In this document: positions 8,738 through 17,307 of the stretch, one piece after another
How the letters are laid out: every line of letters starts with the position of its first letter
How positions within the stretch are numbered: position 1 is the stretch's first letter
Assembly (NCBI GenBank): GCA_013215525.1
Contig: JABSQY010000009.1
Coordinates: forward strand, 1 to 42,883
Reading direction: 5' to 3'
DNA: 42,883 nucleotides
Origin: Nanoarchaeales archaeon
Lineage (GTDB): Archaea > Nanobdellota > Nanobdellia > Woesearchaeales > UBA583
Position numbers and translations under genes: made by a program
The notes under the pieces: model-generated
The model's database searches: none
What the model saw: the letters and a program-made list of their open reading frames with translations, nothing else
Told to the model about the DNA's origin: nothing

Positions 8738-9376
8738 ATGACAAATATACAAAATAATTTAATAATTACACCAAATAATGAATATGAGGATATCTTGAGA
8801 AGAGCTAATTCTCATCGGTTTGATGAAATAAATAAACGTTTTTCTCGCTCGCAAAAATATACACCTTTATCTATGGGTGAGCAATTATCTATGTTTGAAA
8901 CATATCTAAATGATGTTGGTCAATATAATATTGATGGAGATACTATCAAAGATAAATTGTCGGGAGTTGAAAACATTTTATTTAGAACTTCTGATATGGC
9001 TGGATGTGATAATAGTGGTATATGTTTATTAGATAGATTAGATATAGATGAGTCTGGATTCGATTATTACATAGGAATTACAGATGAATCTAAAATAGAC
9101 ATTCTTCAAAATACTGATGATTTTTTAGAATCTACAATTGGAAAAATATTATTACCCTCTAATAATTTAGATTTTATCGATGAGGTTAGTATTTATTTTA
9201 ATAATACTTTGATACCTTCACATCGCTCATATTCTGATGGGAAACCGATATATGTTATGTATAGTTGTGATGAAAATAAAAAAACAAGATTAAGTATAAT
9301 TTCATTACCTGAGTATCAAATTAGTATAAGGCATGAGAATAAGCGTGAAGTATTATATTTTACTAGTCCTAAATAA
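8738..9376 (+). CDS. Hypothetical protein
   Basis: Clean 212-codon ORF with a TATA-like TTTTAAAT about 20 nt upstream. No TM segment and no motif that I recognise. Confidence 0.55.
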   Translation: MTNIQNNLIITPNNEYEDILRRANSHRFDEINKRFSRSQKYTPLSMGEQLSMFETYLNDVGQYNIDGDTIKDKLSGVENILFRTSDMAGCDNSGICLLDRLDIDESGFDYYIGITDESKIDILQNTDDFLESTIGKILLPSNNLDFIDEVSIYFNNTLIPSHRSYSDGKPIYVMYSCDENKKTRLSIISLPEYQISIRHENKREVLYFTSPK

Positions 9377-9465
9377 GTTATCAATTTATATATTTTTAAT
9401 AATTTTTTTTCATACAAATATGTATTATTTATACTATTTCTAACTACTTATAATACAAACACCAA

Positions 9466-9473
9466 TTTATAAA
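9466..9473 (+). promoter_or_regulatory. TATA box TTTATAAA for the pgk-fusion gene
   Basis: It ends only 7 nt before the ORF-track ATG (9480) but exactly 22 nt before the next in-frame ATG (9495), which is the spacing seen at most genes here. Confidence 0.55.
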
Positions 9474-9494
9474 GAATATATGACACATATTTCT

Positions 9495-11645
9495 ATGTTT
9501 AAACATTTTACATTAGACAATTTTAATCTACGTGGAAAAATAGTAGGAATAAGATTAGATATAAATTCACCAATTATTAACGGTAAAATAGTATATAATG
9601 AGAGAATCGCAAGAGCTTGTAAAACTCTTCGAGAATTAGTTAAGGCAGGCGCAAAGGTTGTAATTCTAGCTCACCAAGGACGAGCGGGCAAGCCAGATTG
9701 TTTAAGTCTAAAAAATCATCAAGTTTTAATTCAAGGTGAATTAAAGAAAAAAATCAACTTTTCAAAAGATTTATATCATGATAATTTTTCAAAAAGAATA
9801 CCTAAATTAAAAAATGGAGAAGTTTTATTACTTGAAAATTTAAGATTTTTTGATGATGAAACTAATTTAGAAAAAGAAGATAATAAACTAGACAAATTAT
9901 CTGAAATTTTTGATTACTATATATTTGATGCATTTTCAGTTGCACACAGAAAACACAAGTCCGTTGTAGGGATTAAAGGAGTTCCTATTATCTCTGGAAG
10001 AACAATGGAACGTGAGTTACTTCATTTAGATAAACTAGATCATACAAAAAAACCACATACATACATTTTCGGTGGTGCAAAACCTGATGATTTAGTAATT
10101 TTAATTGAAAAATCATTAAAAAATAAATCTGTTGATAAAATTTTATTAACTGGTGTGATTGGAGAGATGGCGCTTATCTGTAAAGGATATAATCTAGGAT
10201 GTAAAATTGATATGTTAAAAACATATAACTATATTGAAAACATTGACAAATTTAAAGAAATATTTTTAAAATATGAAAATAAATTTGAAATTCCAAAAGA
10301 TGTTGCTATTTTTGATGGGAAAACAAGAATTGAAATTCCAGTTGATAAGTTAGATGAAGAAGAAAATAAAAAATTAGTTGAAAAATATTTAATTCAAGAC
10401 ATTGGAACATTAACAATTGATAGTTATGAAAAATCAATTAAACGAGCTGGTTCAATTTATTATAAAGGACCACAAGGAAATTTTGAAGAACCTCATTTTG
10501 AAAAAGGTACAAAACAAATTCTAAAAGCGTTATCACACGCAAAAGGTTTCACATTCATGGGTGGAGGACACTCTGTAACTGCTGCTAACATGTTTAACTT
10601 TTTAAAAAAAATTAATTATGTGTCGCTTGCTGGTGGAGCGTTAGTTCAACATTTATCTGGAATTAATCTTCCAGCATTTCAAACATTAAAAGATTCCTTT
10701 AAAGAGTTCGAGAAGGCGCATTACGATTTCATTGTATTAGGTTCAAACACTGTAGATATCAAAGTAGATATTCCTGAGAAATTATCACAAATTGAAATCG
10801 GTGAAAAAATTAAAGTAAATGAAAACTTTAAACTATCAAATGGTGGTGGTGGAATTAATGTATCAATCGCATTAACTAAACTAAATGCAAATGTTGGATA
10901 CTTAGGAAAAATATCAACAGAATTTCGTGATCTTTTAGATAAAACATTATCAAAAAATAAAATCGGACTAATTGAATCAAAAGAAACTAAACGTGGAGTT
11001 GCAAAATCAATTTTACTTCAAACTAAAGATAAAGATAGAGTAATCTTTACATATCGTGGACAAAACGATTATTTAGAATTAGAAGACTTTGATTATAAAA
11101 AATTAAACTCAAATAACTTTTATTTAACTGCATTAAATGGAAAATCTATGGTGACACAAATTAAATTAATTAAACTAATGAAAAAGAAAAATAAAAATTC
11201 TATGTTTTGTTATAATCCATCAGCATATTTAATTAAAGATGAAGGAAGACATTTAGATAAATTAATTAAACTAATTGATGTATTAGTATTCAATTTTGAT
11301 GAAGCAAAAGAATTAACTGGAGATAGAGATATGTCAAGTTGCCTGCGAAGTGTATACGCTTTAGGTCCAAAACTTATAGTAATTACTGATGGTGCAAATG
11401 GAAGTTATGCGTACGATGGAGAAAAAGAAGTATATCAAAGACCAAAACCTCCAAAAAGAATTGTTGATACAACTGGAGCAGGTGACTGTTTTGCTGCAAC
11501 ATTTTTCTACTTTATAACAAAAAAATATGGTGTTAAAGCATCACTGCAATATGCAAGCTGGAATGCATCTGCTTTGATTACAAAAAATGGTACAAGTAAT
11601 GGACTTTTAACATTTAGTGAATTAGCTAAAACTAAACGAGCGTAA
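9495..11645 (+). CDS. pgk: Fusion protein: phosphoglycerate kinase (N-terminal ~410 aa) + PfkB/ribokinase-family sugar kinase (C-terminal ~305 aa)
   Basis: PGK part: IRLDINSP, VVILAHQGRAGKPD, LLLENLRFF, FDAFSVAHRKH, IFGGAKPDD, MGGGHS, SLAGGAL. PfkB part, from about 10720: VLGSNTVD, NGGGGINVSIALTKLNANV (PfkB signature 1), DTTGAGDCFAATF (signature 2). It is one uninterrupted frame. The start was moved to 9495 on promoter spacing. Confidence 0.85.
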   Translation: MFKHFTLDNFNLRGKIVGIRLDINSPIINGKIVYNERIARACKTLRELVKAGAKVVILAHQGRAGKPDCLSLKNHQVLIQGELKKKINFSKDLYHDNFSKRIPKLKNGEVLLLENLRFFDDETNLEKEDNKLDKLSEIFDYYIFDAFSVAHRKHKSVVGIKGVPIISGRTMERELLHLDKLDHTKKPHTYIFGGAKPDDLVILIEKSLKNKSVDKILLTGVIGEMALICKGYNLGCKIDMLKTYNYIENIDKFKEIFLKYENKFEIPKDVAIFDGKTRIEIPVDKLDEEENKKLVEKYLIQDIGTLTIDSYEKSIKRAGSIYYKGPQGNFEEPHFEKGTKQILKALSHAKGFTFMGGGHSVTAANMFNFLKKINYVSLAGGALVQHLSGINLPAFQTLKDSFKEFEKAHYDFIVLGSNTVDIKVDIPEKLSQIEIGEKIKVNENFKLSNGGGGINVSIALTKLNANVGYLGKISTEFRDLLDKTLSKNKIGLIESKETKRGVAKSILLQTKDKDRVIFTYRGQNDYLELEDFDYKKLNSNNFYLTALNGKSMVTQIKLIKLMKKKNKNSMFCYNPSAYLIKDEGRHLDKLIKLIDVLVFNFDEAKELTGDRDMSSCLRSVYALGPKLIVITDGANGSYAYDGEKEVYQRPKPPKRIVDTTGAGDCFAATFFYFITKKYGVKASLQYASWNASALITKNGTSNGLLTFSELAKTKRA

Positions 11646-11689
11646 TTTGGTTTATTTTTTTTATTTTAATAATAAAATTTAAACTTTTA

Positions 11690-12844
11690 ATGACAAATAA
11701 TACAAATTTTATACTTAACTATTTTAAAGATAAAGATAGTAAAAGTAATATTGTAAATTTAACTAAAATATTTTCACTTGTATTTTTAATTTTATTATTT
11801 ATATTTATTTTATTTTTTGTTAATTCAGACATTAAAAATTCTAAAACTATTTCTAAAGAATTACATATTTTAAATTGGGATGATTATACTGGAACTCCTG
11901 AACTAATTGAAAAATTTGAAAGTTTATATGGTGTTAAAGTAAATATTTATACCTATCTATCTGACTATGAAGTTTTTGATAGGGATTTGTCAGAATATGA
12001 TTTAATTCTTGTAAGAGAATCTTTAATATCTGAACTTAGAAATCAAAAATTACTTTCAAAATTAAATTTTAAAAATTTAGATAATATGGAATCATTATCA
12101 ACAGATTGTAAATTATCAAACTCTAATTATAATTATTTTATTCCAATGATTTGGGGTACGACAGGAGTTTTAATTAATAAAGAATTAATTCCAAATCATC
12201 AAACAAGTTGGGATGTTTTATGGGATAAAAAATATAAAAATAAAACAGTTATGATGAATAATGTTGAAGAAGTACTAATTGCAAATTCTATGAATACATT
12301 ATCAAAAGCAGCCCCTAACTCTGCATATGAGATAGATATGGTAAAAAAATTTATAATTTTTCAAAATAGAAATTTATATGGATATTATGAATCTTCGAGA
12401 GATTTAGAAATACTTTTTAGAAATGGAGATATATGGGCAGCTCAAGCATATAGTGACGCTTTATCATATTTTGAAACATCTAAAAATTTAACTTATTATA
12501 TTCCAATAGAAGGTGCAAATAAATGGATTGATGGTTTTGTAATTCCAAAATCATCTCCTAATAAATATACTGCGCAATTATTTTCAAATTTTTTACTTGA
12601 AGAAAATAATAATGCAGAAATTGCACTTTATTTTCAAATGCCAACTTGTAATGAAAAATCTAAAGTACATTTAGGTGAAGAATTTTTATCAAATGAAGCA
12701 ATTTATCCAAATAAATATGTGAAATCTAGATTAATTTTTGCAAATGATTTTCAATTAAATTCAAAATTAAATAACTTTAAAGAAGAGATATCTCAAATAA
12801 TGGAAAATAATCATTGGGAACTTATAGAGGAAAATGAAGAATAA
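11690..12844 (+). CDS. PotD/PotF-like polyamine-type ABC substrate-binding protein, N-terminally anchored
   Basis: LHILNWDDYTGTPELIEKFESLYGVKVNIYTY, YFIPMIWGTTGVLINKELIP and SWDVLWDKKYKNKTVMMNN follow the PotD family pattern. There is an N-terminal TM helix. No permease or ATPase gene is adjacent. Confidence 0.65.
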   Translation: MTNNTNFILNYFKDKDSKSNIVNLTKIFSLVFLILLFIFILFFVNSDIKNSKTISKELHILNWDDYTGTPELIEKFESLYGVKVNIYTYLSDYEVFDRDLSEYDLILVRESLISELRNQKLLSKLNFKNLDNMESLSTDCKLSNSNYNYFIPMIWGTTGVLINKELIPNHQTSWDVLWDKKYKNKTVMMNNVEEVLIANSMNTLSKAAPNSAYEIDMVKKFIIFQNRNLYGYYESSRDLEILFRNGDIWAAQAYSDALSYFETSKNLTYYIPIEGANKWIDGFVIPKSSPNKYTAQLFSNFLLEENNNAEIALYFQMPTCNEKSKVHLGEEFLSNEAIYPNKYVKSRLIFANDFQLNSKLNNFKEEISQIMENNHWELIEENEE

Positions 12845-12963
12845 ATTAACTAAAAAACTTTTTTTAATTTATTTTTTTAATTGTATCTTTTAATAAAAGT
12901 AAATCTTTAAAAAGGGAATCTGAGTATTATAATTATTGTAACACAAATGTGAATACAAATTTT

Positions 12964-13046
12964 GCCAAGGTCGCATAATCCGGTATTGCGCGGGACTGCT
13001 AATCTCGTTCCTTTTGGAGCTGCGGGTTCAAATCCCGTCTTTGGCG
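12964..13046 (+). tRNA. tRNA-Ser (anticodon GCT), class II with long variable arm, no encoded CCA
   Basis: Folded by hand. Acceptor GCCAAGG pairs with CTTTGGC (one G-T pair), followed by discriminator G. D arm is GCAT/TTGC. The anticodon stem CGGGA/TCTCG carries loop CTGCTAA. The variable arm is 14 nt (TTCC-TTTT-GGAG). T arm is GCGGG-TTCAAAT-CCCGT. Total length is 83 nt. Confidence 0.85.
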
Positions 13047-13268
13047 CTTTTATTTTTCTAAATTATAAATCTTTGATTTATAATTTTACTATCTTCGCCA
13101 AAGTCGTGATTTGATTTCAAATTTTCAAAGAAAATTTTTCAAACCTTTGGTACCAAGAATCTTTGATTGTTGAGTATCCCGTCTTTGGCGCTTTTATTTT
13201 TCTAAATTATAAATCTTTGATTTATAATTTTACTATCTTCGCCAAAGTCGTGATTTGATTTCAAATTT
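13032..13268 (+). repeat. Perfect 93-bp direct repeat (13032..13124 and 13176..13268, offset 144 bp) whose first 15 nt are the 3' end of tRNA-Ser
   Basis: Compared base by base, the two copies are identical. Each copy starts ATCCCGTCTTTGGCG (T-loop/acceptor 3' strand plus discriminator). Each also contains GCCAAAGTCG, a one-mismatch copy of the tRNA 5' end GCCAAGGTCG. Confidence 0.95.
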
Positions 13269-13393
13269 ATATAACTTCTAAAATCATAAAAATTTATTTT
13301 AAAATTTATTTTATCTTCATTTCAGTCAATTTAAGACATTAATCTATTCAAACTATAATAATATTTATAAAGGGATTCTAACTTATTATAGTT

Positions 13394-13558
13394 ATGGTAG
13401 ATACAAAATTTGACGAATATGGAAATAAAATCATCAACGAAGCTGGTGCAAATAGTTTTCCATGTCCAGGTTGTGGAGGAGCAGAAATTTCTCGATCACG
13501 ACAAGCAAGAGCTCAATCAAAAGAATACACATGTAATTGTGGATTTATAGGTCCTTAA
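13394..13558 (+). CDS. Small zinc-ribbon protein (54 aa), archaeal Zn-ribbon RNA-binding family-like; absent from the ORF track (<60 aa)
   Basis: MVDTKFDEYGNKIINEAGANSFPCPGCGGAEISRSRQARAQSKEYTCNCGFIGP has CPxCG ... CxCGF.GP-end, as in small archaeal Zn-ribbon proteins. TATA TTTATAAA at 13364..13371 lies 23 nt before the ATG. The stop is 9 nt before the next gene. Confidence 0.65.
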   Translation: MVDTKFDEYGNKIINEAGANSFPCPGCGGAEISRSRQARAQSKEYTCNCGFIGP

Positions 13559-13567
13559 ATACTTAAG

Positions 13568-14200
13568 ATGGTTGATATGAAAATACATAATTTTTATATG
13601 TATTTTACAGTTTTTTTATTCTCTCTAGTTATATTATTGTCTGGAACATTATATTATTTTGAAAATAATCTTAATAAAATTATTATTGAAAATATTGTAA
13701 TTTTAGATACAAATTATGGTGAGATAAAAATTGAATTATTTATTGATAAAAGTCCTATCACAGCAGGTAATTTTAAAATACTTGTTGAAGAAGGTTTTTA
13801 TGATAGAATTAAATTTCATCGAGTAATAGATGGATTTATGATTCAAGGTGGAGATCCAAACTCAATTAACAATATTAATATTGATTCTTGGGGTACTGGA
13901 GATGCAGGTTATGTAATTGAAGACGAATTCATTGAAGGATTATCTAATAAAAAGTGGACACTGTCTATGGCAAACTCTGGACCAAACACTGGTTCAAGTC
14001 AGTTTTTTATTAATCTTCAAGATAATACATTTTTAGATTGGGACAAAGAACCTTCATCTTCAAAACATCCAGTATTTGGAATTGTAATTTCAGGAATGGA
14101 TATTGTTGATTTAATATCAAAAGTTCCAACTGAGGGAAGACCAACAGATAGACCACTTGAACCAGTAATTATTAATACTGCAAGTATGTCATTTGAATAA
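13568..14200 (+). CDS. Cyclophilin-type peptidyl-prolyl isomerase, N-terminal TM anchor
   Basis: SPITAGNFKILVEEGFYD, KFHRVIDGFMIQGGDP, LSMANSGPNTGSSQFFIN, HPVFG. The N-terminal helix is FTVFLFSLVILLSGTLYYF. Confidence 0.9.
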   Translation: MVDMKIHNFYMYFTVFLFSLVILLSGTLYYFENNLNKIIIENIVILDTNYGEIKIELFIDKSPITAGNFKILVEEGFYDRIKFHRVIDGFMIQGGDPNSINNINIDSWGTGDAGYVIEDEFIEGLSNKKWTLSMANSGPNTGSSQFFINLQDNTFLDWDKEPSSSKHPVFGIVISGMDIVDLISKVPTEGRPTDRPLEPVIINTASMSFE

Positions 14201-14292
14201 AATTAAATACAACTTATATATTTGATTAATCAAATATATTTTTTCTAAAATTAAATACAATAATATTTAAACAAAATTATACTATTTTTATT

Positions 14293-14832
14293 ATGGCAAA
14301 TGATATCGCAGTATTTAAAACAAATATGGGAACTTTCAAAGTTAAACTATACTTAGAAAAAAGTCCAATTACAGCAGGTAATTTTAAACAATTAGTTGAA
14401 TCTGGTTTCTATAATGAGACAAAATTTCACAGAGTAATTACAGATTTTATGATTCAAGGTGGAGATCCTTTATCTAAAAATGATAACTTAAAGAAAAAAT
14501 GGGGGACTGGGGGAGCAGAAAGAATTAAAGATGAATTCATTAGAGGTTTATCAAATGTTCGTGGAAGTTTATCAATGGCAAACTCAGGACCAAATTCAGG
14601 TTCATCACAGTTTTTCATCAACACAGTAAACAATGACTTTTTAGATTGGGACAAAGGAGATCAAAGATCAAAACATCCAGTATTTGGAGAAATTATTGCA
14701 GGTATGGATGTAATTGATAATATCTCAATTGTAAAAGTTGGAAGAAATGATATTCCAGAAAAAAACATTACAATCTCATCAGCTTTTATGGAATCTGCAA
14801 AAAATCCTCCAAAAGAAAAAAAAGCAGCTTAA
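14293..14832 (+). CDS. Cyclophilin-type peptidyl-prolyl isomerase, no signal sequence (cytoplasmic)
   Basis: Same cyclophilin motifs (FHRVITDFMIQGGDP, SMANSGPNSGSSQFFIN, HPVFG). TATA TATTTAAA at 14264..14271 lies 22 nt before the ATG. Confidence 0.9.
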   Translation: MANDIAVFKTNMGTFKVKLYLEKSPITAGNFKQLVESGFYNETKFHRVITDFMIQGGDPLSKNDNLKKKWGTGGAERIKDEFIRGLSNVRGSLSMANSGPNSGSSQFFINTVNNDFLDWDKGDQRSKHPVFGEIIAGMDVIDNISIVKVGRNDIPEKNITISSAFMESAKNPPKEKKAA

Positions 14833-14949
14833 TTAAAGTTATATAATTATATAACTTTTTATTTTTAATTACAAACTTAAATCAATTACTTATTTATTTA
14901 TCTTAAAAACACAATATTTATCCTATCAATTTATTATTTGGATTTTTAT

Positions 14950-15636
14950 TTATTTAATAATAACTTCACTCAACTCTCCATTACTTTCTAAATGTGTACT
15001 AAATGAAATAACTGGAACTAATTCTACATCTTCAAATCCTTCAATAGATAAACTAGGTTTAGAAGTATATCCAGCTCCTTTATTAGTAATTTCTACACTT
15101 ACTACAACTCCATCAATAATTACAGCATACAACTCAGCCTCAACATGCCTCCACTTTTTATTAACCTCAGTTCTATATCTATAATAATTTGAAACTTCAT
15201 CAAGTTTATCATTACTAATCCCTAATGGTTCTAAAACATTCATTAGTGCAATTTTATTTTTCTCTTCTTCTTCTTTAGTTGGACTTCTTCCAGCTCCAGC
15301 AGGAGTTACAAAACTAAATGCATATTGAAATTGTTCTTGCGAAATACCTAATCCTTCAGAAATTAATTTTGTAGGTCTTCCTTTATCTTCCAAGTCAAGT
15401 TCATATCCTCCGTTTATATCAATTAAAATAGTTATGCTATTTTCAATTTCAACATTACTCTTTTTTTCAGTTACTATTTTTTCCTCTTCTTTTTTTTCAG
15501 TTATTATCTTATCAGTTTGTATATTTTCAACTCTTATTTCTTCTTCTTTTTCTTCTTGTAAAATCTTATTTGTATCATCAACACTACAACCTACAAACAA
15601 AACTAACATTATTAAAATTAAATATTTAAATTTCAT
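14950..15636 (-). CDS. Hypothetical lipoprotein (lipobox LFVGC|S)
   Basis: MKFKYLILIMLVLFVGCSVDD has a basic n-region, a hydrophobic core and a lipobox Cys. An E/K-rich linker follows, then a globular C-terminal part. Confidence 0.65.
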   Translation of the reverse strand: MKFKYLILIMLVLFVGCSVDDTNKILQEEKEEEIRVENIQTDKIITEKKEEEKIVTEKKSNVEIENSITILIDINGGYELDLEDKGRPTKLISEGLGISQEQFQYAFSFVTPAGAGRSPTKEEEEKNKIALMNVLEPLGISNDKLDEVSNYYRYRTEVNKKWRHVEAELYAVIIDGVVVSVEITNKGAGYTSKPSLSIEGFEDVELVPVISFSTHLESNGELSEVIIK

Positions 15637-15804
15637 ATAAAAATTTGTATATTATTTATATTTATAATTTTATAATCACTATAATAAGTGATATTAGATT
15701 AAGATAATTTAATTATATTTAACACTTTAATTTAAAATTTAAACTATAGTTTACTTCTTAGAATTACAACACATTTTTTTAATAGATAATTTATTCTTAT
15801 AACT

Positions 15805-16419
15805 ATGAAGAAATTTTCATTAATTTTACTAACTATGTTCGCATTAGTATTTGCGGGATGTAGTAACTCAGGACAAAGCGCAGACACATCATCTGAGACT
15901 GATGTAGCAACTGGTAATCCAATTGCTGTATTCGATACAACAAAAGGAACTTTTAAAATTGAATTATTTGTTGAAGAATCTCCAATTACAGCTGGGAATT
16001 TCAGAGACCTTGTCGCAAGTGGATTTTATGATAATACAAAATTCCATAGAGTAATTAAAAATTTTATGATTCAAGGTGGGGACCCAAATACTAAAGATGA
16101 TAATTTAAAATCTCGTTGGGGAACTGGTGGAAGTGGAACAACAATTGAAGATGAATTTATTGAAGGTTTATCAAATGTTCGTGGAAGTTTATCTATGGCA
16201 AACTCAGGACCAAACTCAGGAAGTAGTCAATTTTTTATTAATGTAAAAGATAACTTAGGATTAGATTGGAATAATAATATGCAACCTAATTCAAAACATC
16301 CAGTATTTGGAAAAATTGTTGAAGGTATGGATATAATTGATGCAATCGTATCAGTTCCAACTGCTGCACGTGATGTACCTGTTGATGCAATCATTATTAC
16401 ATCAGCAACAATTGAATAA
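15805..16419 (+). CDS. Cyclophilin-type peptidyl-prolyl isomerase, lipoprotein form (lipobox VFAGC|S)
   Basis: MKKFSLILLTMFALVFAGCSNSG is followed by a complete cyclophilin domain. Bases 16148..16220 are about 93 percent identical to 14528..14600. Confidence 0.9.
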   Translation: MKKFSLILLTMFALVFAGCSNSGQSADTSSETDVATGNPIAVFDTTKGTFKIELFVEESPITAGNFRDLVASGFYDNTKFHRVIKNFMIQGGDPNTKDDNLKSRWGTGGSGTTIEDEFIEGLSNVRGSLSMANSGPNSGSSQFFINVKDNLGLDWNNNMQPNSKHPVFGKIVEGMDIIDAIVSVPTAARDVPVDAIIITSATIE

Positions 16420-16488
16420 ATTTTATTGAAATTTATTTATTTTATTTTTAACTTTTAATATATATTTTTATTTTAATATACTTTAATT

Positions 16489-17307
16489 TTATTCTATACT
16501 ATTTTCTTTAATTAATGTTCTTTGTATAACTCTTCTAGAATTATAATTATCAACTGCTTTGTGAAGTACACATCTATTATCAAAAAAAATAACATCTCCA
16601 ACCTCCCATTTATGTGTGTAGATAAATTCAGAATTATTAAGATTATCTTTTAACTTATTTAAAAGTTTATTTTTATTTTTTATTTTTTCACCTATAATTG
16701 AATCAGTAAAACCAATATCTACATTTAATATTTTTTGATTTGTTTTAGGATGTACTTTAATTATTGGTACAATATTTTCAAATTCAATTTTTTTCATTTT
16801 ATTAAGAAACTTATCACTTGCATATTTTTGAGCAAGTTTATGTGAAAGTTTTTTTTTAACTTTAACATTCTCTAATAATTGTTTATCTTCAAAACTTAAC
16901 TTTTCATACATATTTATCATATTAATAAATTGAGTTTCTCCTCCAGTTTCCGGTATTTCTAAAGCATGTAATACTAATCCCATTGCACCAATTTTATGAG
17001 CGCCATACTCAAAATGCCAACCGCCACCATAACACTTCACATCACAAGCTTCCCTTATAATATATGAAACTTCTTTAAACTTTTTATCTATTGGTAAAGT
17101 ATCACTAATCTCTAACTCTCCCCAAAATTTAGAAAATTTTATTTGGTTTTGTGGACTTAATTTTTGTTTTTTAAAACATAAAAAATGATACTTTAATAAT
17201 AACTCATCTATTTTTTTAAAATCTAATAAAGTTAATTTAGATAAATTAATATCTGAAATTTCAACACCTAAATATTTACTTAGTTTTTTAATTTTCACAT
17301 CTAACAC
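16489..17307 (-). CDS. TauD/TfdA-family Fe(II)/2-oxoglutarate dioxygenase
   Basis: GGGWHFEYG (H-x-D/E facial-triad position), PETGGETQFINMINMYEKLS, and WEVGDVIFFDNRCVLHKA ... RRVIQRTLI follow the TauD pattern. Confidence 0.65.
   Translation of the reverse strand: MLDVKIKKLSKYLGVEISDINLSKLTLLDFKKIDELLLKYHFLCFKKQKLSPQNQIKFSKFWGELEISDTLPIDKKFKEVSYIIREACDVKCYGGGWHFEYGAHKIGAMGLVLHALEIPETGGETQFINMINMYEKLSFEDKQLLENVKVKKKLSHKLAQKYASDKFLNKMKKIEFENIVPIIKVHPKTNQKILNVDIGFTDSIIGEKIKNKNKLLNKLKDNLNNSEFIYTHKWEVGDVIFFDNRCVLHKAVDNYNSRRVIQRTLIKENSIE

Noticed and set aside
13097-13190. Possible second tRNA or split-tRNA: the segment starts GCCAAAG and ends CTTTGGCG, so an acceptor stem could form
   Set aside because: The interior (TTTGATTTCAAATTTTCAAAGAAAATTTTTC...) offers no D, anticodon or T arms. 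The 5' strand of the T stem is missing. It is better explained as duplicated tRNA ends within the 93-bp repeat.
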